Assembly (NCBI GenBank): GCA_047495785.1
Contig: JBLDXI010000042.1
Coordinates: 1,116,001-1,180,000 of the forward strand
From: Lepidodermella squamata
Lineage: Eukaryota > Animalia > Gastrotricha
Direction: 5' to 3'
Length of the DNA: 64,000 nucleotides
Shown piece after piece: positions 1-11,707 of this stretch (position 1 is the first letter of the stretch; each line of letters starts with the position of its first letter). Both the position numbers and the translations under genes were made by a program. Below the pieces are notes generated by a model. That model searched no databases, was not told where the DNA came from, and worked only from the letters and a program-made list of their open reading frames with translations.

Positions 1-372
1 AATATCTGCCTACAACTTGTTCTGATCGCCGCTGGTTTCATGCAACCTGAACAACCGGATCGACCGAACTTCTGTATCACTGTCGTACTGGCCTATGCAG
101 TTTCGCAATCGAGCATCAGCGAGTCGATACCGAAATCTGCGGAAATTCCGTACATTTTGATATTCCTAGCCGGTCAAATGGCGATTGCCGTGCTTTGCGC
201 CATCTATTGCCTTATTGTCTGCGATTTAGCCAGTATAAAGCGGTTTCAAGGCATTAAACCTAATTTCATGAATATGAGCCTCATTCGCCTGATTGATTGT
301 ATCGTTTTTGGGTTCATTCTCCTCATCACTGTTTTGACCGATGTCGTTGTGATTGTGTTAATGACCAAGTAA
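1..372 (+). CDS. Cys-loop ligand-gated ion channel subunit, copy A (3' part of last exon only; end of M1 to M4)
   Basis: NICLQLVLIAAGFMQPEQPDRPNFCITVVLAYAV...LIDCIVFGFILLITVLTDVVVIVLMTK*; near-identical to the last exon of copies B-E; truncated by the window edge. Confidence 0.9.
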   Translation, partial: NICLQLVLIAAGFMQPEQPDRPNFCITVVLAYAVSQSSISESIPKSAEIPYILIFLAGQMAIAVLCAIYCLIVCDLASIKRFQGIKPNFMNMSLIRLIDCIVFGFILLITVLTDVVVIVLMTK

Positions 373-845
373 ACAATTCGTACTTATTTCATTTGACGAT
401 TTCGTATAAATGAAGTAGCGAAAAGCTATTTTCTAGGTATTGCCTTCACAAGAGCAAGTAACAAATAACCATGGTATATTAATTCGATCTGAAGCTAACA
501 GAAAGCAAATCGTATAATTCGCAAACTGACCACTCATAGCGCGAAACTGAACGCTTAACACGAACGTCTATCGTTTATGCATGATAACAAAAAAATGTGA
601 GATTCTAGTTGAAGACCAAGGTATATTAAATTTTTGAATACCTCAATCGGTAAAAAACCCAGGAGCCAGTGTGTTAAACGCCAGACGATTTAAAAAAAAC
701 CACTGGGACTAAGTAGTATTGGCGTTGATTGCCTCCATGGCTCCTAAATATCCGGCATAGGTTCGGCTATCAAAGCGGTACAATATATAAGAGTCGTGAG
801 TCGTGAGCCTGAAGTTTGCAAGTTTTTTCTCTTAGCTCAAATCAA

Positions 846-895
846 CCCAGACGTTGACGTCAGCGTTGACGTCAGCGTTGACGTTCATGTCTGGG
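846..895. repeat. 12-bp tandem (GTTGACGTCAGC) within a short inverted repeat; possible MITE remnant
   Basis: cccagac-gttgacgtcagc-gttgacgtcagc-gttgacgttcat-gtctggg; the ends are inverted; contains two TGACGTCA palindromes. Confidence 0.5.
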
Positions 896-1087
896 CCTCT
901 CAAATCCCTCTCAATCGATATTCCTATACTGCATACGTTGAAAACAGTCTGGCGCGGTTTTCATTTCAAAGAGTAAACATTAAACATGGGATTCCGCTTT
1001 ACACTAGGCTAGCGAGTCTGACGCAGAGCTAATGTTATTTCAAAACCACTGTTTCATAATACCTATTTTCGTACATACGTTTTTTCC

Positions 1088-1149
1088 AAGTCCGGAAATT
1101 TGACAGGAGATTGATACAGGTTGTTTATTTACTCAACGCAAATCACTAG
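1088..1149 (+). promoter_or_regulatory. Conserved upstream block of the channel genes (AAGTCCGGATATTTGAC ... ATCACTAG)
   Basis: Variants at ~1088, ~4992, ~16868, ~17589 and ~24038, i.e. 130-143 bp upstream of the ATG (254 bp in copy C). Confidence 0.55.
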
Positions 1150-1217
1150 TTACGTATGACTTTCGCACGGGTTGAAGCATATTGTCTGTAGATTCTTCTA
1201 GAGCCGGACTCTCTTGC

Positions 1218-4200
1218 ATGATGTATCGTTACCGCTTATCATTTTCGATCATTTTTACAGTCTATTTGGCGTATTCTGAAGCTGGGAATCTTGACGAAGA
1301 GATTTCGTTGTTCAACCCGGATGCGATTGAGCTGAGAGACATCCTGATCTCAAGATGCCGTCTCGACCAGCGCATTCGACCTGTCGCTAACTTCAGCGAA
1401 ACTACGCTCATTCATGCGTCAATATCGCCTTATTATTTCCGAGGGATAAACGAAGACGAACAATCGTAAGCATTCGAAACCTATATGTCTGCCATGAATC
1501 TATAGTTACATGATTTCATAGTTTCTCTTTTCACGGCGAGCTTGCTCTCAGGTGGAAGCATCCATGCGCGATATGGAATAACACTTCAAACTATTCCCAT
1601 ATAAGAATCATCGATTTAAAGGGCTCGGAGACTTGGACCCCTGCGTTCACTCATATAAATGCATTCGAAATGTCGACAATTGAAAGGTTTCTAAGAAGAA
1701 CGTTGAATTATCGCCATTGTATAGATCCTTCTGTTTTCCACCTTAGTTTGAGCAAGAGTGCAACGATTTTGTTTTACCGGGATGGCCAAGTAACAATGTA
1801 CCTGCAAAGTACTTACAAATCAACTTGCAGCCTCAAGTAAGTGAAAAGTGAACAATCAGTTTCGTCGCCTGGCTTCTTTTCTGGGCGTGAGGAAGGGGGT
1901 TTCGGATAGGATAGGAAAGCCTTGAGTGGCTTGCCGAGTGGCTCTGAGAAGAGCTTCAAAGTTCTCATGTATGATGCATACGCAGACATGTTCTGGGTGG
2001 TCACCTTTCAGGCGAATATGTAACGGTCGAAGATCACTGAATTTTGTAATTCCTATCAATAAAATCAAATTTGATTGCTCAATATTATATTCAAAAACGA
2101 GACAAACCCAAGAGATTGTTAGGATTTTCCGCTATATACAGCCCAAATGCCTCGCGTAAGTAATGCTCCATATCGGCTTTGCTAACTGGCTTGCCATCAA
2201 TTTTCACCACGTCCTTTTGGTTCGGGGATATACGGCTGTTGGCGTGGTAAAACGCGATGACTTTCGACTTCGTTTCTTCTGGCAAAGCGTTAGCTGGCTT
2301 CCTTGCAACAGGATCAGCAACCTTGACCCCATGCCGCTCAGCCAGCTTTTTCACCAGAATAGCCCTCTTCTCGTCGGATATTGCTTTCGGCAATGATGAC
2401 TCAAGCTTCTTGAGGTCGCGACTTGATCGGCTTCGGTCATAAGTGTCTTCTTCCTGAGGCCCAACGCTGAGATTTTCCATGGCTGTACATGCTGAAACCG
2501 CTCGTGTTCTCGCGTGTGCCGCTCTGTCCTTGACTCGGACATTTTTCTTCTTCGTCTCAGCAAGCAAAGCTCGCTGCTCACGCCTAGCAATCCTAAATGA
2601 AAAAGTTTACCATATAGAAATGCTTCGCAATCAAATCTTACGTGTTCTCAATCCTAATTTTCTCTTTTTTCTCCTCCGAGTAATTAGCGCGACATTTTGC
2701 CGAACGCTCAGCTGCAGTACTCATGACATTAACAAATCTTAAAAACAGTTATTTGAATCTGAAACTGGAACTTAGTGGAAGTATTTCAGTAATTATTCGA
2801 TAATAATTAAATAGTAATAATAATAACAAAATTGGGTGCTTCTAATGTCCGACTGTGACCATGTCTACATGCGGATAATGAAAACGCATCATGACTCCTT
2901 CTGGAACCCGCGAAAATACTTATTTGCATAGGTTTTACAGTGACAGCCGCTCCTTTTCCACGCTAGAAATTATTTTTTTCTAATATCCGTTGTGTCTGTC
3001 CGCAACATCTGTCCGCAACAAAAAATGTCTGTCCGCAACAAGGGTTTCGACGCCGAAACGATGAGTCACTCTGCATTTATATTTCCAAATCGGTACATCA
3101 TATATTTGCTGACTTGGAAAAATTAATGTGGGGCTAGCTGAGAGCCTTCAGTAGCATGTGAAGCCAAAATTCATGTTTACCGTTGCGGACAGACAATTTG
3201 ACAGATCAATTTTTTGACAGGATTTGACTATTACGCAAGTGACAAGTAACTTCGGAGTTTGCTGATTTTTTATGCTGAGTAACCAAACTGCTACAATATA
3301 TAATAACATCGTGAAGTCGGTCAAGTAATTGGTACATTTTATTGACATCAAGATGTACAAAAATAGGCAAATTTGACATTGGATCAGACGGCTTTGCTAT
3401 TACATAACAACGGAGTGGAAAATTAGCCAAAATAGTTGTAAATATTCAAATTATGAAAGATCAAATCCTGGTCTATCCAAAAATATGTAACATGAGGGTT
3501 ATATCGCTTGTTTATTTTCGACTGCTTCTGCGACAAACTCGCGGAATCGTCCATATTATACTTAGGATTCCCATCCTTTGTTAGTAGAAAATACTTTGGC
3601 AGTTTATTCCTCTTATGCCGGCCCTGTCTGAAAATAGAAGTTTTAGAACCACGATTTTGGAGAAGCTTCTAGTTCATATCAGAAGAATTAGGATAATAGT
3701 TGGAATACAGCTATATATGCACCATGGCAACTGTGAACCTATTGATGAATGAAAACTTTGTTTTTCGCAGCTTCTTGAAATTCCCATTCGACAAGCAATC
3801 CTGCAGTATGGACCTGGAATCTTTTCACATCACACGGGTAACAAAATACCTTCTCAAAGATGGGGGTATTAAATTGATGAACATTGGCAAATTTATCAAG
3901 CCAAGTGAAATGTGGCTACTGAAGTCATACCACGCCGTAGACGTGTTGGAAGAAAGTGAGAATGGAGACTTGAAGTACTCACTGTTACGATTCACCTTCG
4001 AATTCGAACGACGTTACGGGTTTCATTTGCTGACAATAATTTTCCCGAATATTTGCTTGCAACTGGTGCTGATCGCCGCTGGTTTCATGCCGCCTGAGCA
4101 ACCGGATCGGCCGAATTTTTGCATAACTGTCGTACTGGCCTATGCAGTTTCGCAATCGAGCATCAGCGAGTCGATACCGAAATCAGCCGAAATTCCTTAT

Positions 4201-4419
4201 ATTCTGGTATTCCTAACCGGTCAAATGGCGATTGCTGTGCTGTGCACTATTTATTGCCTTATTGCTAGCGATTTGGCCGGGCAAGAGCGGTTCCGAAAAA
4301 TGTCAGCTTACTTGATGAGAATGAGCGTCATTCGCGTTATTGATTGCATCGTTTTTGCTTTCATTCTAATCATCTCTATTTTCATCGATGTTGTTGTGCT
4401 TGTATTAATGAGCGAGTAA
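1218..4419 (+). CDS. Cys-loop ligand-gated ion channel subunit, copy B (exons 1218-1465, 1522-1686, 1747-1836, 3771-4419)
   Basis: Signal peptide; RIRPV; spliced Cys-loop C-x13-C (CSLNFLKFPFDKQSC); four TM helices; all introns GT-AG and in frame; intron 3 is enlarged to 1934 bp. Confidence 0.9.
1856..2724 (-). mobile_element. Spliced, C-terminally truncated DNA-transposase-like gene (254 aa; exons 2724-2642, 2592-2108, 2052-1856), antisense in intron 3 of channel B
   Basis: Two GT-AG introns (49 and 55 bp) join MSTAAERSAKCR...VIAFYHANSRISPNQKDVV...LREAFGLYIAENPNNLLGITKFSDLRP...HVCVCIIHENF. I recognise this motif series from an invertebrate DDE transposase family (tentatively Sola2-like); no catalytic domain follows. 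Confidence 0.7.
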
Positions 4420-5245
4420 ACAATGTATATTTGTTGCAAATAATTGAAATGATTTGTTGTTGATGTTTCTAGCCTCCAGCTTTTCATTTATCAAAACCAA
4501 GTTATATCTGACCGTAATTTGCCGGGAAACTAGAGAGCGCTGAACGCTTGCACCTTTAGCCAATTCTCTTCAAAGTGAAGTCCTGACTCTACACCCATGC
4601 AAAACTGACTTCGTAGCGCGAAATCGAATCAAAAATTCATTTTCCAGACTTCGGTCTACGATCTTGCGTTTTGTCGCAGAATGCGCTGTAAAAATACGCA
4701 CCCTTTTTGAAATGAGACATTTCTAGCTATATTTCGGCATTATCTTTGAGTATCTTCGCTGTATCTTCGAAGTCATTTTAATAGCTGACTCATATCTTTC
4801 GGACGGCGGAGTCAATTACGATGCCTTCGAACAACTCGTTAAACCTACCTGCCCGGTGAAACTTCCATCTCAGATAATGGTATAACTCGTGCTGTCGTAT
4901 ACTTTGCCGAAAATTGCGACTCCGCTTATTGCCAATCATTGCTTAGTTTATACCGTTTATTGCTTATGTTTTCGTGCATTTTCATTTTTCCAAGCCCGAT
5001 ATTTGACCGGATATGGATCTTGGTTGTGTATTTACTCGGCACTAATCACTAGGTAGATATGGGGTAATTCCATGTCATTTCGGCCAAGCCCATGTTTTCA
5101 AAACCATCTAAAATTATTTGCTTCGGATAGAGCATCAATTTGGTCGTTGGTCGAATTGACATGTCATTGCTCTATGGCGCTCAATAAATGTGCCTGGGTG
5201 GGGCATATTTTGCATCCGACTGAGAATGACCGCCTCTTCTATAGG

Positions 5246-6649
5246 ATGTTTCAGCACCTCATATCATTCATAATTATTATCGCCTATTTGGCTTATTCAA
5301 AAGCTGGAAATCTTGACGAGGAAATTCCGTTGTTCAGACAGGATGCACGTGAGTTGAGAGACGTCCTAATATCAAGATGTGGCCTTGATCAGCGGATTCG
5401 ACCTGTTGCTAATTATAACAAAACTACGCTCGTTTATGTATCAGTGTCGCCCTTTTATTTCCGAGGGATAAACGAAGACGATCAATCGTAAGAATTCATC
5501 TTTTGTATGTCCTGAATCTGTGGTTTGATATGTTCCTAGGTTCTCGTTTTACGGCGAGATAGTTATTACCTGGACGCACCCATGCGCGACTTGGCAGCAC
5601 ATTTCGAACTATTCACACATCAGGGCCATCGATATGAAAGCTCCGGAGACGTGGACGCCTATCTTCAATCATATTAATGCGTTCGGAATGTCAAATATTG
5701 AAAGGTTTTCAATCATAACTTGAAATTTTTAAGCTATTGATTTTCCTTCAAGCTTGAGAAAGAGTGCTACAGTCGTTTATTACAAGGATGGCCAAGTACA
5801 AATGTACCTTCAAAGCGAGTACAAATCACTTTGTAGCCTAAAGTAAGTCATCAATATAACACGATTTGTCGGCTTTAAATCTAGAATTGAATAAGAGTTG
5901 TATTCGTAGCTTTTATTTAGGGTCAACAAAATCAGGGCAAGATTGGTTATGACTTGAACATTTTACCATTTAAGTGACTTTGATTCATATTTCGCAGCTT
6001 TTTGAGCTTTCCCTTCGACACGCAATCTTGTAGCATGAACATCGAATCTTTCTTCATCACAAAAATAACGAAATACGTCCTTAACGATGAGGGCATCAGC
6101 ATGATGAGCGTTGGCGGCTTCATTAACCCGAGTGAGATGTGGCGTTTGAAATCTTACAACGCCGGTTACGAGTGGGACGAAAATTATCCGAATGATGATT
6201 TTGAATTTTCCCTACTACGATTCACATTCGATTTCGAACGTCGTTACGGGTTTCATTTGCTGACAATATTTTTCCCGAATATCTGCCTACAACTGGTCCT
6301 GATCGCCGCTGGTTTCATGCCGCCTGAGCACCCGGATCGGCCTACATTCTGCATAACTGTCGTACTGGCCTATGCAGTTTCGCAATCAAGCGTCAGTGAA
6401 TCAATACCAAAATCGGCGGAAATTCCGTACATTTTGATATTCCTAGCCGGTCAAACAGCGATAGCTGTGTTTTGCGCCATCTATTGCCTTATTGCCAGCG
6501 ACTTGGCCGGGCGGAAGCGGTTCCAAGGCATTAAAGCTAATTTCATGAATATGAGCCTTATTCGCATGATTGATTCTGTCGTTTTTGCGTTCATTCTCGT
6601 CATTACCGTTTTCATTGATGTTGTTGTCATTGTATTGATGACCAAGTGA
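5246..6649 (+). CDS. Cys-loop ligand-gated ion channel subunit, copy C (exons 5246-5487, 5540-5704, 5753-5842, 5998-6649)
   Basis: Same four-exon structure; Cys-loop CSLNFLSFPFDTQSC; M1-M4 present. Confidence 0.92.
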
Positions 6650-8540
6650 ATAATTCGCTTTTATTGTATTAGTCTACTTCTTCAAGGGAGTTCCGGTGTC
6701 CAAGATCGCACCCTGCAGCAACAAATTTGTTTGAATAAAAAAAAGTGGAAAGTATCGGTTTTACATGTTATGTGTCTTGAATTATATCACGTCCTGTTAT
6801 TTTTATTTTGTAGCCTGGTTTATAGACCCCTTGGTTTTATGGACGTAAAGAAAATGAATAAAAACACGCACGCGATTCGTTGCGTTCACTTTGTAACAGG
6901 ACACCAGTCATTGAATGACGAAAATACATAACGCGAGTGATTTATGAATGAGTCCTTTTAAAAACAGTTCTTTTTTTCATGGTCAAATCAATTTAGAGTT
7001 ACTAACTCAAATCTATTCATGAATTGCGGTTTTAAAATTGTTATCGCGACTGCGGCGCTCGTTGGCGTAGTCGAGTGTACGGCCTGGGTTCGCTGTTATT
7101 CACAGGTCGATGATTCGTTTGTCGATTGCCGTCAGCTTCCAGGCGGCTGTCTTCTCTTGCAAGAGTACCAGGTAAAATTCTGAACTTATTACCTTATTTG
7201 ATCAACAATTCGGGTTATTCTTAAGTATGGGGGAAACCTAACGGATCAAACGATGTGCTTGCGAGCTGTAAGTCTTGCTTCAAAGTACCCTGATAGTGAT
7301 AGTAATTTATGATTCTAGACTGCCAGGATGTGCTACCGCTGGTCAACCTTCACGATTCGCTGTAGACCTGGAATTCCAGGCTGTAAACGCGATGAAATAC
7401 AGGTGATGATACCTAAACTAGTCGAATTGCTGTGAAATTTCTGTTTTGGCCAGGTCAGTGGCTCGTTCAACGGGGCTATCCCGCACAAGACGAATGTTGT
7501 GAATTGTTTTTCGAGTGAAGCCACTTTCACGGTAATAGGATTCAACCGTACTATATTCAGGAATGCATTTCACATTGGACTGATAGAGCCAAGCCTTCGA
7601 CTCGTGCCTCGCATCTGCTGGTGGCGAATTCGGTACATGCGTTCCTAGTGGCACGCCCTGCTTCAATGATTTCCCCGTTAGCCTTGTCCTCCCTCCCAAG
7701 TTCTAATCGAAATTGTTCTTTCAAAGGTAAAGGGCCAGTCGAAAATTGGAAATCTGGACACTTGCCTTCGTAGCGCTAATGGTGCGGTGGCTAGTCATTG
7801 TTCAATAAACGTTTTCGATTTGTTTTAATTTTTCGATAAAGCTACGCTTCCTGATGTTCGGAAGCCACACAAACGGTGTTTCAATGCAGCGGATGGCAAA
7901 TTCACGGCATGCTGTCTTAACAGCACCGGCTGCCTCGCCAACGAAACTGACCAGTACTCGAGCCGAGTCTATCGGAACAAGGACAACTGTGAATCATGGG
8001 TAAGAGCTGCTTGCGATTTATCTCAATTCAATATGAATTGGAAAAATGAATTTTGTATAGTTCGCTGCTCAGTGTGACACTCCTGTAGGCAAGAAATGCT
8101 ACAGCATCTGCCCAGCTGAAACTACAAGAGTACGTTTAGAGTGAATTGGCCTTCGTTCTTCGCTCTATACTCGATTGCTCTTTTCACAGGTGAAAACCTA
8201 TAGTTCTGGGCCCAAGTTCGCGGCAAATCACGCCAGGTGCTTGCTCGAAATTCTCGCTCTAGGCTCCAACAAGACGTACTTCACATCACCACAGTCTATC
8301 GGCACCTTCCGCATGCAACTAGATGCCTGTGCAGAAAACGGCGGCCGGCTAGCCACCATGCAGACCAACCCGGACAAAAAAGTTTCATGTTGTAAACTCG
8401 TGTAAATGGTGTGAAAACACGTCCGTGTATTTTGCTGTAAAATCAGGTAGAAATGGTAACGACTCCTATGAATTTACATGATCACTTTATTGATTCAGCT
8501 CACACGAATTTACATTTAGACCTTAATTGGCCGCCGTTCG

Positions 8541-8787
8541 CCCTGCGCTTCCACGGGATTACACGGAGTTGTGAGTCTGGTTGATTTCGCCGGAAACGCT
8601 GGAAAAACCTGTCTTGACTTGCTTCTCCCAGCTGAATCTTCAAACTTGAGATTTCAACGACATTTCGCCGTTGTAAACTCATGTAAGAAGATTCAGCCAA
8701 GCAAAGCAAGTCAAGACAAGTTTTTACAGCGTTTCCGGCGAAATCAACCAGACTCACAACTCCGTGTAATCCCGTGGAAGCGCAGGG
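8541..8787. repeat. Long hairpin/foldback (arms ~100 bp)
   Basis: ccctgcgcttccacgggattacacggagttgtgagtctggttgatttcgccggaaacgct... recurs as its reverse complement ending ...cccgtggaagcgcaggg. Confidence 0.85.
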
Positions 8788-11644
8788 AAATTGGCTCAGC
8801 AATATAGCATTTTTCACACAGAATCGCAAAAACCGGCACAAAAAATCGAGAAACATCGTGTAATTCCGTGTAAGCACAGGCAGAGCAGCGCAGAAAAATC
8901 AATTTTCACACAAAATTCGCAAAAATGTGGAAAAAATCGAGACAAATAGTGTGATCAGCAGAGAATCGGCAGCATGAAAACAACAAGAGAAAATAGCAAT
9001 TTTCCAACAAACGACGATATTCACAGCAGCAAAGGCAATTTTCATGAAAATTTCAAATTCAATGATAATTCGCAAAAAGGACAAAAAATCGTTATTTTAT
9101 TGTCTTTCTTCGGCGCATTTTTGCGCCTAACTGCGACTCATTTGGCGTTCCCGGAACAGCCAGAATTCGGCCCTAGACAACAGCTTCAGTCCGCGGTTGC
9201 AACAGAATTCAGCTGAAAATAACGAAAAATGTAAATTTAGTAGAAACTTGATATCGAGGGTTGATCACCTGAATTTCAAAATCAGCAGCAGCAGCAACAT
9301 CAGCGTAATGAATGTACTTCAACAGAATCAGTAGTCGAGCAAAGTTCCTGAAAATTAACAGTTTCCCAATTCAGCTGAATGTGACGACAAATTCCCAAAA
9401 TAACCTAAAGTTTTCTAAGGCAGGCTTCACACTTCTTCATAACACATGCATCAGCTTGCAGTAGTTATACTCATGATCACAGTCTGACCCAGCATGATGT
9501 AGGTGATCGCACTTGGAAATGAAAATGGCAATCATTTTTTATTAAAAACTGTCTCAAAATTTACCTTCATTGCAGTCTGTTTTCGGGTTCGCTCGACGCG
9601 CCCGTTCCTTACAGTTGTTCGAGGACATAAAACTCGTCCAGAGTAAAAACTTGAATTAAATAATTATCTAATAATTAAGTAAATTTTCGATCAATAGTAA
9701 CTCACCACGTTTCCGGAAATCCGAGAGGCTAGGCGGAATTGGGGGCCATTGCCCAAATACTATAGTGAAACAGAAATTGAATTAAATTAAAACAAAAAAG
9801 TTCTCAAATCTGCGCCCTCCTGAGATTTTTTAAATTTTATATGGTGATATTATTGGGCCCTCCTTTTATCGAAACCAAATTAACAATAAGCGGTACCAAA
9901 TTTGAGAATTCTTCAGTGGCCTGAAATTTCTTTTCGGATTTTTTGCGGTTCAAGATCGACCACAATAATTCTAAAAAACTCACAAGTGAATTTAGCACAA
10001 TATTCTATATCAGACAGAGTGTTCAATCCAGAACTAAAAGTCTAAGGGTGTATTTCAAACGCTCACTTAAAAATCATTTTCAATTGTGAAATTCCATGTT
10101 ATTCAATTAAAAATGGAATTTCACAATGAAAAATCAATTCTCCGCGGGGAAATGAAATACACCATAATAGTCGTAGAATTATTCAATAAATTGACTCTTA
10201 GCATATTTTGACTTTGGTTCCGTAAAATGCAAATTCAGTTATTTGTTGAGAAATTAAACAATTTTTCAATTAATACTAAATTAATTCCGGAGAAGAAGGA
10301 TTCCCGGAAAATTCCATTTTTTCAATTGAAAAACTTCATTATGAAAAAGGCTGAAGAAATCTCAAGATGAAGATGAAAGATGAAATGCCTTGAGTAAATT
10401 TAGTGAGCAGCTAAAATGCAATTTTTTCTAATTTTTCATAATTTTCAGGGAATTTTAGGTGGGCAGTAAAAAATTCAATCATTTTAATTATAATTAATAG
10501 TCCGTGTTTTTGATTTTGGTATTTTTGCAAAAACACCGAATTGATCAAACAGAAAATTTATGACCACCGAAAATTAGTATATAGGCAGTATTAACATCCT
10601 CTAAATTTAAAATAATATCGCTGAAAAATGACACGATTTTTAGTACGAAGTACAAGCAGTTGGCGATGTCAAAATTCTAAAATCAAGCCCAATGTGTCGA
10701 GAAAAAATACTGCGAATGACTTGTTCCAATAGTAGCCCAGTCGCTAATAATCGCCCATCGCTAATAGTAGCCTAGGGTTGACAGGTGAAGTCGGTTGGAA
10801 AACATAAACGATCGACCAAAGATTAACTTCAAATTTTTTCAAATTTAGATGTAGTAATTTTGGTATCCCGGGCTGTCGTAAGAATAATACGTTTATGATG
10901 CAATTCGTGTTGATCGTCAAAAACCACGATGAATAATCGTGATAAAAATCCAATAAAATTATAGCTAACATAAATGAAAGACCTTTTCTAATTTTATACG
11001 ATTTGATAAACGCACAGGTGGAAAGCGAGTTATCTACGTTGCATTTGCCTGTCGAAATTATGACTTACTCAGGTAGAGGAATAAAGTTGGCATCGACAGG
11101 CTGGAATACCTGTTGGCGCTGTTTCCGTAAAATCGAATTGCCGAAGTCCCGTAATTGACCAGGCGCAGCCAATAAACAACCGCCATAGCCAATAAACAAT
11201 AGCTGGCAGCGGGCGATTATGTGCTTTGCCTGCTTACCTTTGACCTTGCCACTCGCAACCGAACCGAGGCAGGCCAACCAGTTTGTTCCATCAAAAAGCG
11301 ATCTGCATGAAATAAAAAATTGACCTGATTTCAAACGACGTAAAAAATCCCGATTAACTGTGTGGCTCTCTCGCTCCACTTAGTTTGTCCTAAGGCGCAC
11401 GTGCCAGATGTCACGTAACAATGGTCAGCGCATTATTTAAAATTGTTTTTTATTTTCAATTTTTAACATTTTTCTTCGGTCCTATTTCTCTCATTACATT
11501 TACATAATCATTTACAAGGATTTTTTTAAGACAACAGGTAAATTTTGTATAGGGGCTTACTCATTTCTGTCCGCAATCGATGAATAGCTGTCTTGAATTT
11601 CATTTAATTTAAATTAAATTCAATAATGATAATGGTTTTATTTA

Positions 11645-11645
<1 letters not shown>

Positions 11646-11706
<61 letters not shown>
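11646..11706. repeat. (TAA)n microsatellite, ~20 units
   Basis: Directly visible. Confidence 0.95.

Positions 11707-11707
<1 letters not shown>

Noticed and set aside
3700-4419. Prokaryotic GLIC/ELIC-type channel, suggested by the short M3-M4 loop
   Set aside because: The genes have spliceosomal introns, a true Cys-loop cysteine pair and an N-terminal helix.
8500-8877. Mirror-image ORFs on both strands
   Set aside because: Artefact of the palindromic repeat.
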